DNA of 19,440 nucleotides from positions 1-19,440 of the forward strand of contig JBHHXT010000084.1 of NCBI GenBank assembly GCA_046757165.1, written 5' to 3'. The notes under the pieces were generated by a model, which worked only from the letters and a program-made list of their open reading frames with translations, did no database searches and was not told the DNA's origin. The DNA is from a bacterium (GTDB lineage: Bacteria; Zhuqueibacterota; Zhuqueibacteria; Oceanimicrobiales; Oceanimicrobiaceae). Both the position numbers and the translations under genes were made by a program. Positions 1 through 7,925 of the stretch are shown here, one piece after another; the stretch's first letter is position 1, and each line of letters starts with the position of its first letter.

Positions 1-1176
1 CCAGACTTGCTGCTGTAGGTGAGCCGGAATAATCTCGGTTGACACTCTCAGCGCCTTTTCAAAAACAGCATGAATGATGGTCCGCAAGTCAGACTCCCGT
101 ATGTCCTTCTCTAATAGTCTCTTGATGATAGGGTTGCTCAGATTCAAGAACAGTTCACCTTCCTCCCACAGAGAGACGCCCAGGCGGTAGTCATACTCGA
201 GGTAAATGGAATCTGGGTCAGACCCCCTAGCTCTTATGGATCTCAAGACATTGTTCTTCCGAGAATCCGACTTCTCTGCCGGAACCACCAGGGCAGGCAA
301 TTCGGAGCGCATGGCGACCACCGTGAGTCTTCGTCGATACCGTTCTCTTTCTTCATGGTCGGCGTTGAGCTGCGCTGACAGCTGATAGAAAAGTTCTTTG
401 TTGAATGGAGGCTGCTCTATGGTGCCCAGGATAGGGAGTACCTGGCGGCCGAATTCCTCGTACACTATTTGATGCTCCGTCATCAGGGTTCTGAAGAACA
501 TTCTTTGCGCGACGGACGGCAGATAGGCCACTGTTTTCTTTTCAGGAATTTGAAAATGCTCATCGAGCAGCCACGCGTTCACGGAAGAAACAATAACCGA
601 CGATGCAACCTTTTCCTCGAAATCTGAGAAGCCTACAAGATCAGTAGAGGTTTGGATGAGAAGGAGGTCAGCCAAAGTCTTCTGCAGCGACTTATCTTTG
701 AATAGCAGCCAGCCGGCATCATAGAGAGTCAGAATTTCCTTCAGGATATTGGACGGCAATTTGACAAAAGCCGTAGAAGTTGTGTCAAGAATGACTTGGT
801 GGATCTTGCTCTGCGCATCATCTAAAGCCTTGCGAAGGTTCGAAACCTTCGCAAGGTTGCTCTCGGGCAAACCCAGAATCGCGCAGAGAAAGCCACAAAT
901 ATTGGGCAGAATGTACAGCTCTTTGTCTGCTCGACGGAGCTCCGGGTTCTCCCGGGTACAAATGTAGACCTCCCCGGACTCGACATTCTGCTCCCGAAGA
1001 GAAATGGGTGCCAGGGCAAAAAGCACCCCTCGCACACAGCCCAGATCGCGGATAGTGGTCTCGAAGCGGCACAAGAACAAAGGGGGATTCATGTTGAATC
1101 TTGACAGAATCCAACTCAGGAGATCTGCGTCAGACAGATCGACAAAATTGGATCTCAGCAAGGGATTGCTGTTCAT
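1..1176 (-). CDS. Hsp90/HtpG-like middle + C-terminal domain protein lacking the N-terminal GHKL ATPase domain (3' end outside window, >=392 aa)
   Basis: Not in the ORF track because no stop is in the window. My translation from ATG 1176 (SD GAGGTG just upstream) is open to base 1: MNSNPLLRSNFVDLSDADLLSWILSRFNMNPPLFLCRFETT...VRGVLFALAP...GEVYICTRE...YILPNICGFLCAIL...RRLTVVAMRSELPALVV...GELFLNLSNPIIKRLLEK...IIHAVFEKAL. These segments are collinear with the neighbouring Hsp90 (DPPITIL / TCGLLFIP / GRVRLWCRR / LLPAWSRDFLSGII / LEIRTVKMSHRRDIPCML / VLYLNMDNELMLYL / AIHELW). Confidence 0.72.
   Translation of the reverse strand, partial: MNSNPLLRSNFVDLSDADLLSWILSRFNMNPPLFLCRFETTIRDLGCVRGVLFALAPISLREQNVESGEVYICTRENPELRRADKELYILPNICGFLCAILGLPESNLAKVSNLRKALDDAQSKIHQVILDTTSTAFVKLPSNILKEILTLYDAGWLLFKDKSLQKTLADLLLIQTSTDLVGFSDFEEKVASSVIVSSVNAWLLDEHFQIPEKKTVAYLPSVAQRMFFRTLMTEHQIVYEEFGRQVLPILGTIEQPPFNKELFYQLSAQLNADHEERERYRRRLTVVAMRSELPALVVPAEKSDSRKNNVLRSIRARGSDPDSIYLEYDYRLGVSLWEEGELFLNLSNPIIKRLLEKDIRESDLRTIIHAVFEKALRVSTEIIPAHLQQQVW
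828..859. repeat. REP-like palindrome embedded in frame in the CDS at 1..1176
   Basis: Perfect 13-bp inverted repeat ccttgcgaaggtt (828-840) / aaccttcgcaagg (844-856) with a 3-nt loop. The minus strand 859->828 matches the intergenic copy at 15323-15354 at 29/32 positions. Confidence 0.85.
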
Positions 1177-1221
1177 ATCACCTCGACCTCATGAATCGTG
1201 AGATGTTCTCAGGCGCAGAGT

Positions 1222-3399
1222 CTAAGCTTCTTCCTTCTGATCGAGCTTCATCTGTTTGTATTCATTGAGCTCTTTCCTGGCCTTTTTCCAAGGCTCGTAG
1301 ACATCGAGCAGCACACGGGTGAGGAAGTCGGTGGCGGTCTGGAAATGGTGCTCACTGTTGGGATGGGTGATGGGCTCGCCTCGGGCGATTTTGACGCCGT
1401 GCCAGAGCTCGTGAATCGCCGCACTGCGGAGTTTCTTTTCCTTGTCCGCCTCGAAGTTGTCGTTCCTGGCCAGATAGAGCATCAGCTCGTTGTCCATGTT
1501 GAGATACAAGACTTCCTTCAGGCCCTTTTTCCTGAAGGCATCGCGCGTTTTCTCTTCCTCTGCCAGGACGCGTGCCTGCGCCAACATTTCTGTGATGCGG
1601 CTGCGTGACAACGACTCTATCTTGAACGGTCCGTCTTTGAGCTGGCGTTTGATCTCATCGAACTCTTCGTCACTCATTTTGTTGAGCTGGCGCACATATT
1701 TCTCCTGTCGCATCTGGCTCGGGTTCTCACTGGTCAACATACAGGGGATGTCGCGGCGATGACTCATCTTGACGGTGCGGATTTCCAGGTTTCTCTTCTC
1801 GGCGTCGGTGCCGATCGCGTCCCGCACAATATCGATGAAACTGTCAAAATGCTGTGGGGCATCTTCAAAGGGCAGCTCGCGGCCAACATCCATGTATGAA
1901 AAGTTATTGAGATCGCACCACCGGTGCAGGAAGTTGACATCCTGGTCACTCGGGGCGTGCAGCACGGTTTCCTTCTCGATGATGCCAGCCAGGCTTCCCT
2001 CTCCCGTATAATAGTAAAGCGTGGTCAGATGCTGTTTCATTTGCTGTTGGTCATCCTGCGAAACCTTCGCGCCCAGCGGGACCTCCGACGCATCCCCGCG
2101 ACGGCGATTCATGCTGCGCTTATAATCTTCCAGCGTGACGAAGGATTCCGGGGCCTGGCCTTTCAGGCTGATCGCCTTGCGGAAGGGGATGGTATCGCCA
2201 ATCCGTTTCAGCAGTTCTTCATTAAGATTAGCGGCGTAGACGATTGCCGAGCGGTAGAGCACCAGAATGTTCTGCCACTGCTCGCTAAACCCGCTCAGGA
2301 TTCCCATCAAACGCACGATTTCGTTCTCTATCTCGGCCTTGAGCTCCAGGTATTCTTTCTCGTCCGAGCGCAACAGGTCGGTGCGCGAAAGATTCGGATC
2401 GGCCTTGCAGTCGATGATGCCACTCAAGAAGTCCCGACTCCACGCCGGCAGCAGATCTTCTTCATTGCTCTTGACGAAAATTCGCCGGCACCACAGCCGC
2501 ACGCGACCCATGTATGGGAACGAGGGCGAGGACGGAATAAAAAGCAGTCCGCAGGTTCTTGGGGTGCTCAACGGCAGAATGGTAATGGGCGGATCGACGC
2601 TCAGATCGGAATAGATCGTATCCCACAGATCCTGATAGCGCGCCTTGGGGTCGGTCGCGGCCTGCTGCCTGCGCTCGCTTGGGTGGCGGTAGAGAACGGG
2701 ATCCGGGCGACTTTGTCCAGCCTCGTAGATGACAGGCTCGAGAATGTTGACCGGATCACTAAGTTCCGTATTGATATAGATCTGGTACGGCAGGAAAATC
2801 CCATATTCCTTGATGATCGCCTCGAGGTTTTTTTCTTCCAGAATCTGGTCGCGATACGCTTCCTTGATGAAAAGCGTCACCCGCGTCCCGGGTTCCTGCC
2901 TCTTGCTGGTGGAGATCTGAGTCTCGGTCGAGCCCTCTTCCATACTCCACTGAATCGCCTCACGCTTCCCCTGCCGCCGGCTTCTCGATTCGATAACCAC
3001 TTTTTCGGCGATACACAGGCACGCCAGCCGGCCAATCGCATAGCGCCCGATCAGTCTTGACAGTTGTTCCTTGATGTCCTGCGTGCTCAGGTTTTTCTCC
3101 TTGAGCAGGTCTTCGAACCGCTGTCTTTTGTCGAGGTCCGCGCCGACCTTGTTCAGGACATCTGCTTCCTGGAGATCCATGCCGATGCCGTTGTCTTCGA
3201 TGACCAGGGTCGAGTTCGTTCGGTCCGGCCGGATCAGAATCTGCTTCGTCTGCCCGGGGGCGAAGAACTTATCGGCCATGGAAAGCGCATCTGCGGCATT
3301 GGCCAAAATCTCGCGGATGGCCATTTTCGGCTCGGGGTAGAGCAGCCCGGTCAGGAGTTTGATCACATCCGGGGCGAATTCGAGTTTTCCTTTTGGCAT
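1222..3399 (-). CDS. Divergent Hsp90/HtpG-family protein (GHKL ATPase + middle + C-terminal domains), 725 aa
   Basis: GHKL motifs AIREILANAADA (N-box), IEDNGIGM (G1), IGRYAIG (variant of IGQFGVG) and PGTRVTL (G3); middle-domain catalytic Arg loop NLSR; C-terminal LYLNMDNELM. SD GAGGTG before ATG 3399. Too divergent to call the housekeeping htpG. Confidence 0.92.
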   Translation of the reverse strand: MPKGKLEFAPDVIKLLTGLLYPEPKMAIREILANAADALSMADKFFAPGQTKQILIRPDRTNSTLVIEDNGIGMDLQEADVLNKVGADLDKRQRFEDLLKEKNLSTQDIKEQLSRLIGRYAIGRLACLCIAEKVVIESRSRRQGKREAIQWSMEEGSTETQISTSKRQEPGTRVTLFIKEAYRDQILEEKNLEAIIKEYGIFLPYQIYINTELSDPVNILEPVIYEAGQSRPDPVLYRHPSERRQQAATDPKARYQDLWDTIYSDLSVDPPITILPLSTPRTCGLLFIPSSPSFPYMGRVRLWCRRIFVKSNEEDLLPAWSRDFLSGIIDCKADPNLSRTDLLRSDEKEYLELKAEIENEIVRLMGILSGFSEQWQNILVLYRSAIVYAANLNEELLKRIGDTIPFRKAISLKGQAPESFVTLEDYKRSMNRRRGDASEVPLGAKVSQDDQQQMKQHLTTLYYYTGEGSLAGIIEKETVLHAPSDQDVNFLHRWCDLNNFSYMDVGRELPFEDAPQHFDSFIDIVRDAIGTDAEKRNLEIRTVKMSHRRDIPCMLTSENPSQMRQEKYVRQLNKMSDEEFDEIKRQLKDGPFKIESLSRSRITEMLAQARVLAEEEKTRDAFRKKGLKEVLYLNMDNELMLYLARNDNFEADKEKKLRSAAIHELWHGVKIARGEPITHPNSEHHFQTATDFLTRVLLDVYEPWKKARKELNEYKQMKLDQKEEA

Positions 3400-3445
3400 G
3401 ACACCACCTCATTTGTTCTATCAACGAATAAAATGCTTTGCGAAA

Positions 3446-3471
3446 GGCGACCCACAAGGGGTCGGGGCTAC
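3446..3471 (-). repeat. GTAG-type REP element
   Basis: Minus strand reads GTAG-ccc-CGACCC-cttgt-GGGTCG-cc: a GTAG tetranucleotide followed by a 6-bp stem hairpin, in the gap between the CHAT and Hsp90 genes. Confidence 0.6.
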
Positions 3472-3486
3472 CATGCAATGTTCGCG

Positions 3487-4569
3487 CTACTCAATCGCCG
3501 GGGGCGGAAAGCGCAGCTGCTCAGGCCTGGCCCAGGGATGGATGTAGAGTCTTGGCGCAAACGCGTTGAGCCATTCTCCGCCCTCGTTCAAATTGATGGC
3601 ATTCAATATCGCCGAACGGCCGTAACTGACCGCACGGGCAATGTGGCTGCCTTTTGCCATCGCCGTGTAAAAAGCGCGATAGAAAGGCGGCAACGTATAG
3701 TCCCACGGTCTGGGGTTCCAGGCCACCACCGCAGCAACCCCCTTGTCATTGAGCTGCACCGGGGGCTGCACAGCGCCGGGCCGGAAGTGGTCACTCACAC
3801 AACAAGTCAGAAGCACCATCTGAAGCGTTGCCACATCGCCGATCTGGTCGAGCAGCGGTTTCCACGGCTCCTCGCGGTTGCCAACGGAGATGCGTTCAGG
3901 ATGATGGTCATCTGCTGCGTCAGCAATGATATCCACCAGATTCACGCGCTTGGAACACAAGTCCTCATAAACCTCCCGACCGTTATCCCCGGTGTACTCC
4001 ACTCGAGAGACAATTTCAAAATTGCGGGTCCGGCTGCTCAGGCTCGCCAACAAGCTGGACAAATTCTGCGCTTGTGTCGTCACGAGGAACTTCGAGTGTG
4101 AAGGAACGGAGACGATGGCCACACGCCACTTTTTCTCTTCAGCAACCGCAACGTTGCACTCTGCCAGCGAACCGAGGTTTGGCGAACGGGCAAGCACGAT
4201 GGAGGAGGGCAGGCGACCAAAGGGAAAGAAGAACGGCGGGCTCGTCCCCAGTGTGCAGCCGACCAGAGTCTCCCAGAAAACCTCAAAGGGCCTGACGTCA
4301 CCCGGCTGGCCATTCCTGACTTGCAGCAGAAGGGGGGCAAAGTCGAGGTTCTCGGTCACCGCACGTTCGAGCAAGTTTCGCAGCTCGTTCCGGTCCGTGC
4401 CGAAGATTCTATGAAACAGATGGCAGCCCGCCTGAAACCAATCGTCCCCGGCGGAGCCACCGACCGGCAGGGCCTCGAGGCGGCGCGCCTGCCGCCACCT
4501 TTCGAATCTTCCCTGGACGGTGTCCTCGCTGACTTCTAATTCAAAAATCTTCATCGCGGCCCTTTTCAT
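3487..4569 (-). CDS. CHAT (caspase-like, clan CD) domain protein, probably catalytically impaired
   Basis: CHAT-like motifs in the expected order: GCHLFHRIF, FWETL (for PWELL), WRVAIV, VNLVDIIADA (for IVHFAGHG), MVLLTCCVS (for LVVLNACxS), GVAAVVAW, FYRAFYTAMAKG...ARAVSYGR, EW...APRLY. Start overlaps the upstream stop (ATGA, 4566-4569); alternative start at ATG 4554. Confidence 0.75.
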   Translation of the reverse strand: MKRAAMKIFELEVSEDTVQGRFERWRQARRLEALPVGGSAGDDWFQAGCHLFHRIFGTDRNELRNLLERAVTENLDFAPLLLQVRNGQPGDVRPFEVFWETLVGCTLGTSPPFFFPFGRLPSSIVLARSPNLGSLAECNVAVAEEKKWRVAIVSVPSHSKFLVTTQAQNLSSLLASLSSRTRNFEIVSRVEYTGDNGREVYEDLCSKRVNLVDIIADAADDHHPERISVGNREEPWKPLLDQIGDVATLQMVLLTCCVSDHFRPGAVQPPVQLNDKGVAAVVAWNPRPWDYTLPPFYRAFYTAMAKGSHIARAVSYGRSAILNAINLNEGGEWLNAFAPRLYIHPWARPEQLRFPPPAIE

Positions 4570-5390
4570 TTGCCGGCGCGCGCCAGCTCGAGCGCTTGTT
4601 TGATCTGCGTTTCTGCTCTCTGATGGTGGCCTTGTTTTTTGTAGCAGTATGCCAGCATGAGCCTGAGCTCGAGAGACTCCTGCTTCCGCAGCAGCTCGTT
4701 GAGCAGTTTGCTCGCTGAATCCAGCTTTTCGGAATCGAGCTCTCCCAGCGCGTTTGCCAGGGCGCGCGCGCCCTCTGTAATATTTGGCGGCAATTGTTTT
4801 TCTTGCACCAGGCGGTGGATTGCTTTGGCGATCTCGTCTTCAGGCGTCTCACCCGACGCTCGCACGGGCCTTTCGGCGCCCAAATGCTGCGGCACAAATC
4901 CGATGGCCTCGTTAAAGCTCCGTTCTAGCGCGGCAGCGGTTTGGTCCAGGTTTGTTTCGAGCAGACGCCAGAAGGACCCGACCTGTTTTTTGGCTAAATC
5001 GTCGATTTCTTTGATGTGGCGGGCTAAGGTTGTCAGGATGGGAAAAGGGGGGGCGGTTGACTCCGAAGGCTCCGGCGCAGATGGTGTTCCAACCCTCGCA
5101 ACTGCTTCGGAGTAACTCATCCCGGGGTCAGGTTCACCGGCGGGTGCGCCATCACGCTGCCGCACAAGAATAGCGGGCGGCTCTGGAATAACATCCGGCC
5201 AGGGAATTCGTTCTTCGTCAAAGGCCCTGGAAAGAAACCTCCGATAGGCCGTCATGCACGGTTCACAAAGAAGGAGGTGATCTTGAATCAGGTTCTGCTG
5301 CTCTTCAGTCAGCTCCTCCAGCATCAGCTTTTCAAAGTGCTCCGACGCTTGCCCGCACGTTAGACTCCCACCTGTTTTTTTGTAAAACAT
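4566..5390 (-). CDS. Zinc-finger (zf-HC2/ZAS) anti-sigma-factor-like protein with C-terminal TPR-like helices, no transmembrane segment
   Basis: N-terminal LTCGQASEHFEKLMLEELTEEQQNLIQDHLLLCEPC has the C...H-x3-C-x2-C pattern of zf-HC2. A Pro-rich linker follows, then TPR-like ELRLMLAYCYKKQGHHQRAETQIKQALEL. No hydrophobic ~20-aa stretch. Confidence 0.8.
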   Translation of the reverse strand: MFYKKTGGSLTCGQASEHFEKLMLEELTEEQQNLIQDHLLLCEPCMTAYRRFLSRAFDEERIPWPDVIPEPPAILVRQRDGAPAGEPDPGMSYSEAVARVGTPSAPEPSESTAPPFPILTTLARHIKEIDDLAKKQVGSFWRLLETNLDQTAAALERSFNEAIGFVPQHLGAERPVRASGETPEDEIAKAIHRLVQEKQLPPNITEGARALANALGELDSEKLDSASKLLNELLRKQESLELRLMLAYCYKKQGHHQRAETQIKQALELARAGK

Positions 5391-5483
5391 GATTATTTGG
5401 GCCTATTTCTATCCATAACATGGCGCGGCGAAGCCGCATGATCTGAGCAGTTAATTGGTGCAAACATCGAGCACAAAAAAGTC

Positions 5484-5560
5484 TCATACAAAGACGCTAA
5501 GAGCACGAAGCTTTCACCTAAACCCTGTTTTTTCTTTGCGTACTTTGCGGCTTTGCGTGA
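5484..5560. repeat. Imperfect palindromic mini-element with tandem ctttgcg units
   Basis: Right arm ctttgcgtactttgcggctttgcgtga (5534-5560); degenerate complementary left arm tcatacaaagacgctaagagcacgaag (5484-5510). Confidence 0.65.
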
Positions 5561-5589
5561 TCAGAAACTCTTGGGCAGTGTAAATACAT

Positions 5590-7380
5590 TCAAAAAAGAA
5601 GCAAATCATGATATTTTCCGAAACACTGGTCTCGATAGCTGGTAACCACTTCGTTAAATCTATTCAACATCTCGACATGCCTGGTGAGCGTCTGGTACGC
5701 TTCTTCCACTTCAGGGGATTTGTTCTCTATTGAAGCATAAGCATCGTGGATCTTTTTTTCCGTTTTTGGACCGACTTTCTCGATCGCGTTCTTAGCTAAG
5801 GTTGTGGCCACTGCGGAATTAAGTTTGAGCGCAACACAAGAGTTTCTTAATTCTTTCATCTCAACCTGGTGGCGGAACATATCCTCGAGACAGAATTTCT
5901 TATACCTGGTAATAATCCCATCATAAATATCCCAGACAAACTCAAAATGGTCGGCACTAAGAAACTGGTCCAGGTGAGCTTTTACCTTCTTGACGATCTG
6001 TTGCTGCTGCATAGCGGTCGTTTGCGCCAAATTCTGCCCGAGCGTCTTGTCGGTCAATTCATTGATGAAGTAGCGACTATTGGCACGCAAAAAGGATCCG
6101 AGCTTCTTTTTCCTGTTGGCAGCAAGGTCAGCGAGCCATTTGTCAATGAGCAGCAGGATGACATAGACAGACACCTTGACGTCCCGGAGGTACTTTTTTC
6201 TGCGGCTTCGCAATTGGTCATAGTTATTCTCAATATCTCTTGCTTTTTTTAGTGGGTAGATGATGCTCTGGCAGAATCTGCGATATCTACTGCCTGTATG
6301 TTCGAACAGCTCACCAACAAAATCCGATTCAATTTCGCGAGCAAGCTGCGAAATATCCTTTTGCCATATCTCATTCACAGGCAAAACATCCCACGGCAAC
6401 GAAATATATTGCAGCGTAAGGTGAGCAAATTCACATTTGCAATACAAAATATGGGCTTTGACGAACAACCGAAATTTTTCACCGGCGCTTTTGCGCTCGA
6501 GTTTCTGGAATAGCCGGTGCCATTGCGTCACCAGTTCCACTACACCATCAATATTGAACATCTCTGAGTCTGGTCTTGTTGCAATGAATTGATCCAGACT
6601 TTGTTCAGCATCGAGTGTTTCCTCATTCAGTGAGAGCCAATATATTTCTTTGTACCGCTTATTTTCTGCGTTGCAGCCTTTCTGTAGCAGAGAGTCGAAT
6701 CTTTCGTTGATCGGAGCATCCTCCGTGTTCTCGTCCCATACCAGAGCCGGTGTCATGATCTCCGGCAAAAGCGCTGCGAGCAACGACCGATTTAGTATGA
6801 TGATTTCCACTTCTGTTCTGTTGCGTTTGTCCTTCTGAAGGATGGTTTTGGCACGACCCGTGAGCCGCAGCCGTGACATGAGCGCCTTCAGGTTATCCGG
6901 AAGATCCATGTCATGCAAAGTCCTATTGATGGCAACGACCAGTTGGCTCTTCAAGACTCTCACGGCCTTTTTGTCTGGTTGTCCACCCGTCACCTGAGCT
7001 TCTAATTTCTCTATTGCTGGTGTTCTTTTGCGCAATTTCGCGACTAACCCCCGCATTGCAGGTGTGGACGGCTTTCGCAAGCTGTCAAAAAACACCTGCC
7101 AATCGACGATATCCTCACTGTCAAGCCGCCAGATTCTCGATTTCTGCTCCGCTGCTTCCGCAAATTTGCCGCCACTAACTCGAGTATCCACCTTGAAGAT
7201 TGCGGCCTGTGCAGCGTTCCCAATGATTTGTTCCTTTCGCTCTCGATCACTCGTCCAAATAAACCGCGACCCAATGACCCAGGCTCGGGTCCATAAGATG
7301 TTGAAAACCTGCTCAAAAGCGGTGTCCTGCCCTGCTTGCCATCCTGAAAAAATTTCTTTGGTGATCCTGGGCGTCGACAA
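5590..7380 (-). CDS. Large (596 aa) protein with ECF sigma-factor region-2-like N-terminus; putative highly modified ECF sigma factor
   Basis: TTG start 8 nt after SD GGAGGGG. The N-terminus WQAGQDTAFEQVFNILWTRAWVIGSRF...NAAQAAIFKV resembles the ECF 'GDxxAFExLy...a..a.r......AeD..QeaF.k' pattern. It lies directly upstream of a ZAS gene, the usual sigma/anti-sigma order. The CDS is solid; the product call is tentative. Confidence 0.55.
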   Translation of the reverse strand: MSTPRITKEIFSGWQAGQDTAFEQVFNILWTRAWVIGSRFIWTSDRERKEQIIGNAAQAAIFKVDTRVSGGKFAEAAEQKSRIWRLDSEDIVDWQVFFDSLRKPSTPAMRGLVAKLRKRTPAIEKLEAQVTGGQPDKKAVRVLKSQLVVAINRTLHDMDLPDNLKALMSRLRLTGRAKTILQKDKRNRTEVEIIILNRSLLAALLPEIMTPALVWDENTEDAPINERFDSLLQKGCNAENKRYKEIYWLSLNEETLDAEQSLDQFIATRPDSEMFNIDGVVELVTQWHRLFQKLERKSAGEKFRLFVKAHILYCKCEFAHLTLQYISLPWDVLPVNEIWQKDISQLAREIESDFVGELFEHTGSRYRRFCQSIIYPLKKARDIENNYDQLRSRRKKYLRDVKVSVYVILLLIDKWLADLAANRKKKLGSFLRANSRYFINELTDKTLGQNLAQTTAMQQQQIVKKVKAHLDQFLSADHFEFVWDIYDGIITRYKKFCLEDMFRHQVEMKELRNSCVALKLNSAVATTLAKNAIEKVGPKTEKKIHDAYASIENKSPEVEEAYQTLTRHVEMLNRFNEVVTSYRDQCFGKYHDLLLF

Positions 7381-7442
7381 TTCTGGGACCCCTCCCTAGT
7401 CGTGCTCGTCGTGAAATGATTTGAGAAATGTGAGAATTGTAA

Positions 7443-7471
7443 AAGATAAAACAATTCCGACCTATTTGCAA
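7443..7471 (-). promoter_or_regulatory. Putative sigma70-type promoter for block A
   Basis: Minus strand TTGCAA (7471-7466), 17-nt spacer, TATCTT (7448-7443), in an AT-rich stretch about 60 nt upstream of the TTG start. Confidence 0.5.
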
Positions 7472-7718
7472 CAAAAAATAGTTGGGATTTTACCCAAACC
7501 CTGTTCCTCCCTGAGTCAGAAAACGCCCGCGGCATTATTGTAAGAACTATCTCAATCTTCACCTCCTTAAATCCGGATCAACCGGGACCCGAAAAACCAA
7601 AGAATGACAAGAGATTAGCAGTCAAGTGACTACTCACTTCATCCGTGTTCAATCCGTACTACAAGCCCACAACATTGTGCTCTCTCTTCAAAGTTTTGTA
7701 CGCTTCAGAATATAGTTG

Positions 7719-7817
7719 AGCCACGGATTTACACTGATAACGGTTCTTGTCAAGAATGGACAATACCTCATATTCAAATTCAATACTCATCGTGCCAATT
7801 CGTGCAAATTCGTGGCT
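7719..7817. repeat. Palindromic mini-element built from ~10-nt attcgtg-type units
   Basis: agccacggatttacactgat (from 7719) is an imperfect inverted partner of atcgtgccaattcgtgcaaattcgtggct (7789-7817). The same unit recurs at 14779-14900, with a related atccgtgttcaatccgt at 7641. Confidence 0.65.
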
Positions 7818-7925
7818 GAATCAATTATTGCGTTGCGGCCCGGGGCCGCGCCGTGTCCATCAGCGGCTTATTCTCTCAATCAATGTTCACCCAAAAAGCA
7901 CCCTCTCATCCAATCCCCTACAGGA

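Noticed and set aside
1222..3399. Calling this gene htpG, or the 16386-19187 gene clpB/clpV
   Set aside because: Non-canonical ATP lid and G2 motif in the Hsp90; the Clp lacks the ClpB M-domain and no T6SS genes are visible, so orthology is unsupported.
5424..5436. Small hairpin gcggc-gaa-gccgc upstream of the ZAS gene
   Set aside because: Only a 5-bp stem with no U-tract; too short to support as a terminator or element.
7044..7568. Perfect SD AAGGAGGTG at 7568-7560 and the 172-aa minus-strand ORF 7044-7562
   Set aside because: The ORF's GTG lies within the SD itself and the frame overlaps the sigma-like gene; the properly spaced TTG is followed by a stop after two codons. At most a gene remnant.
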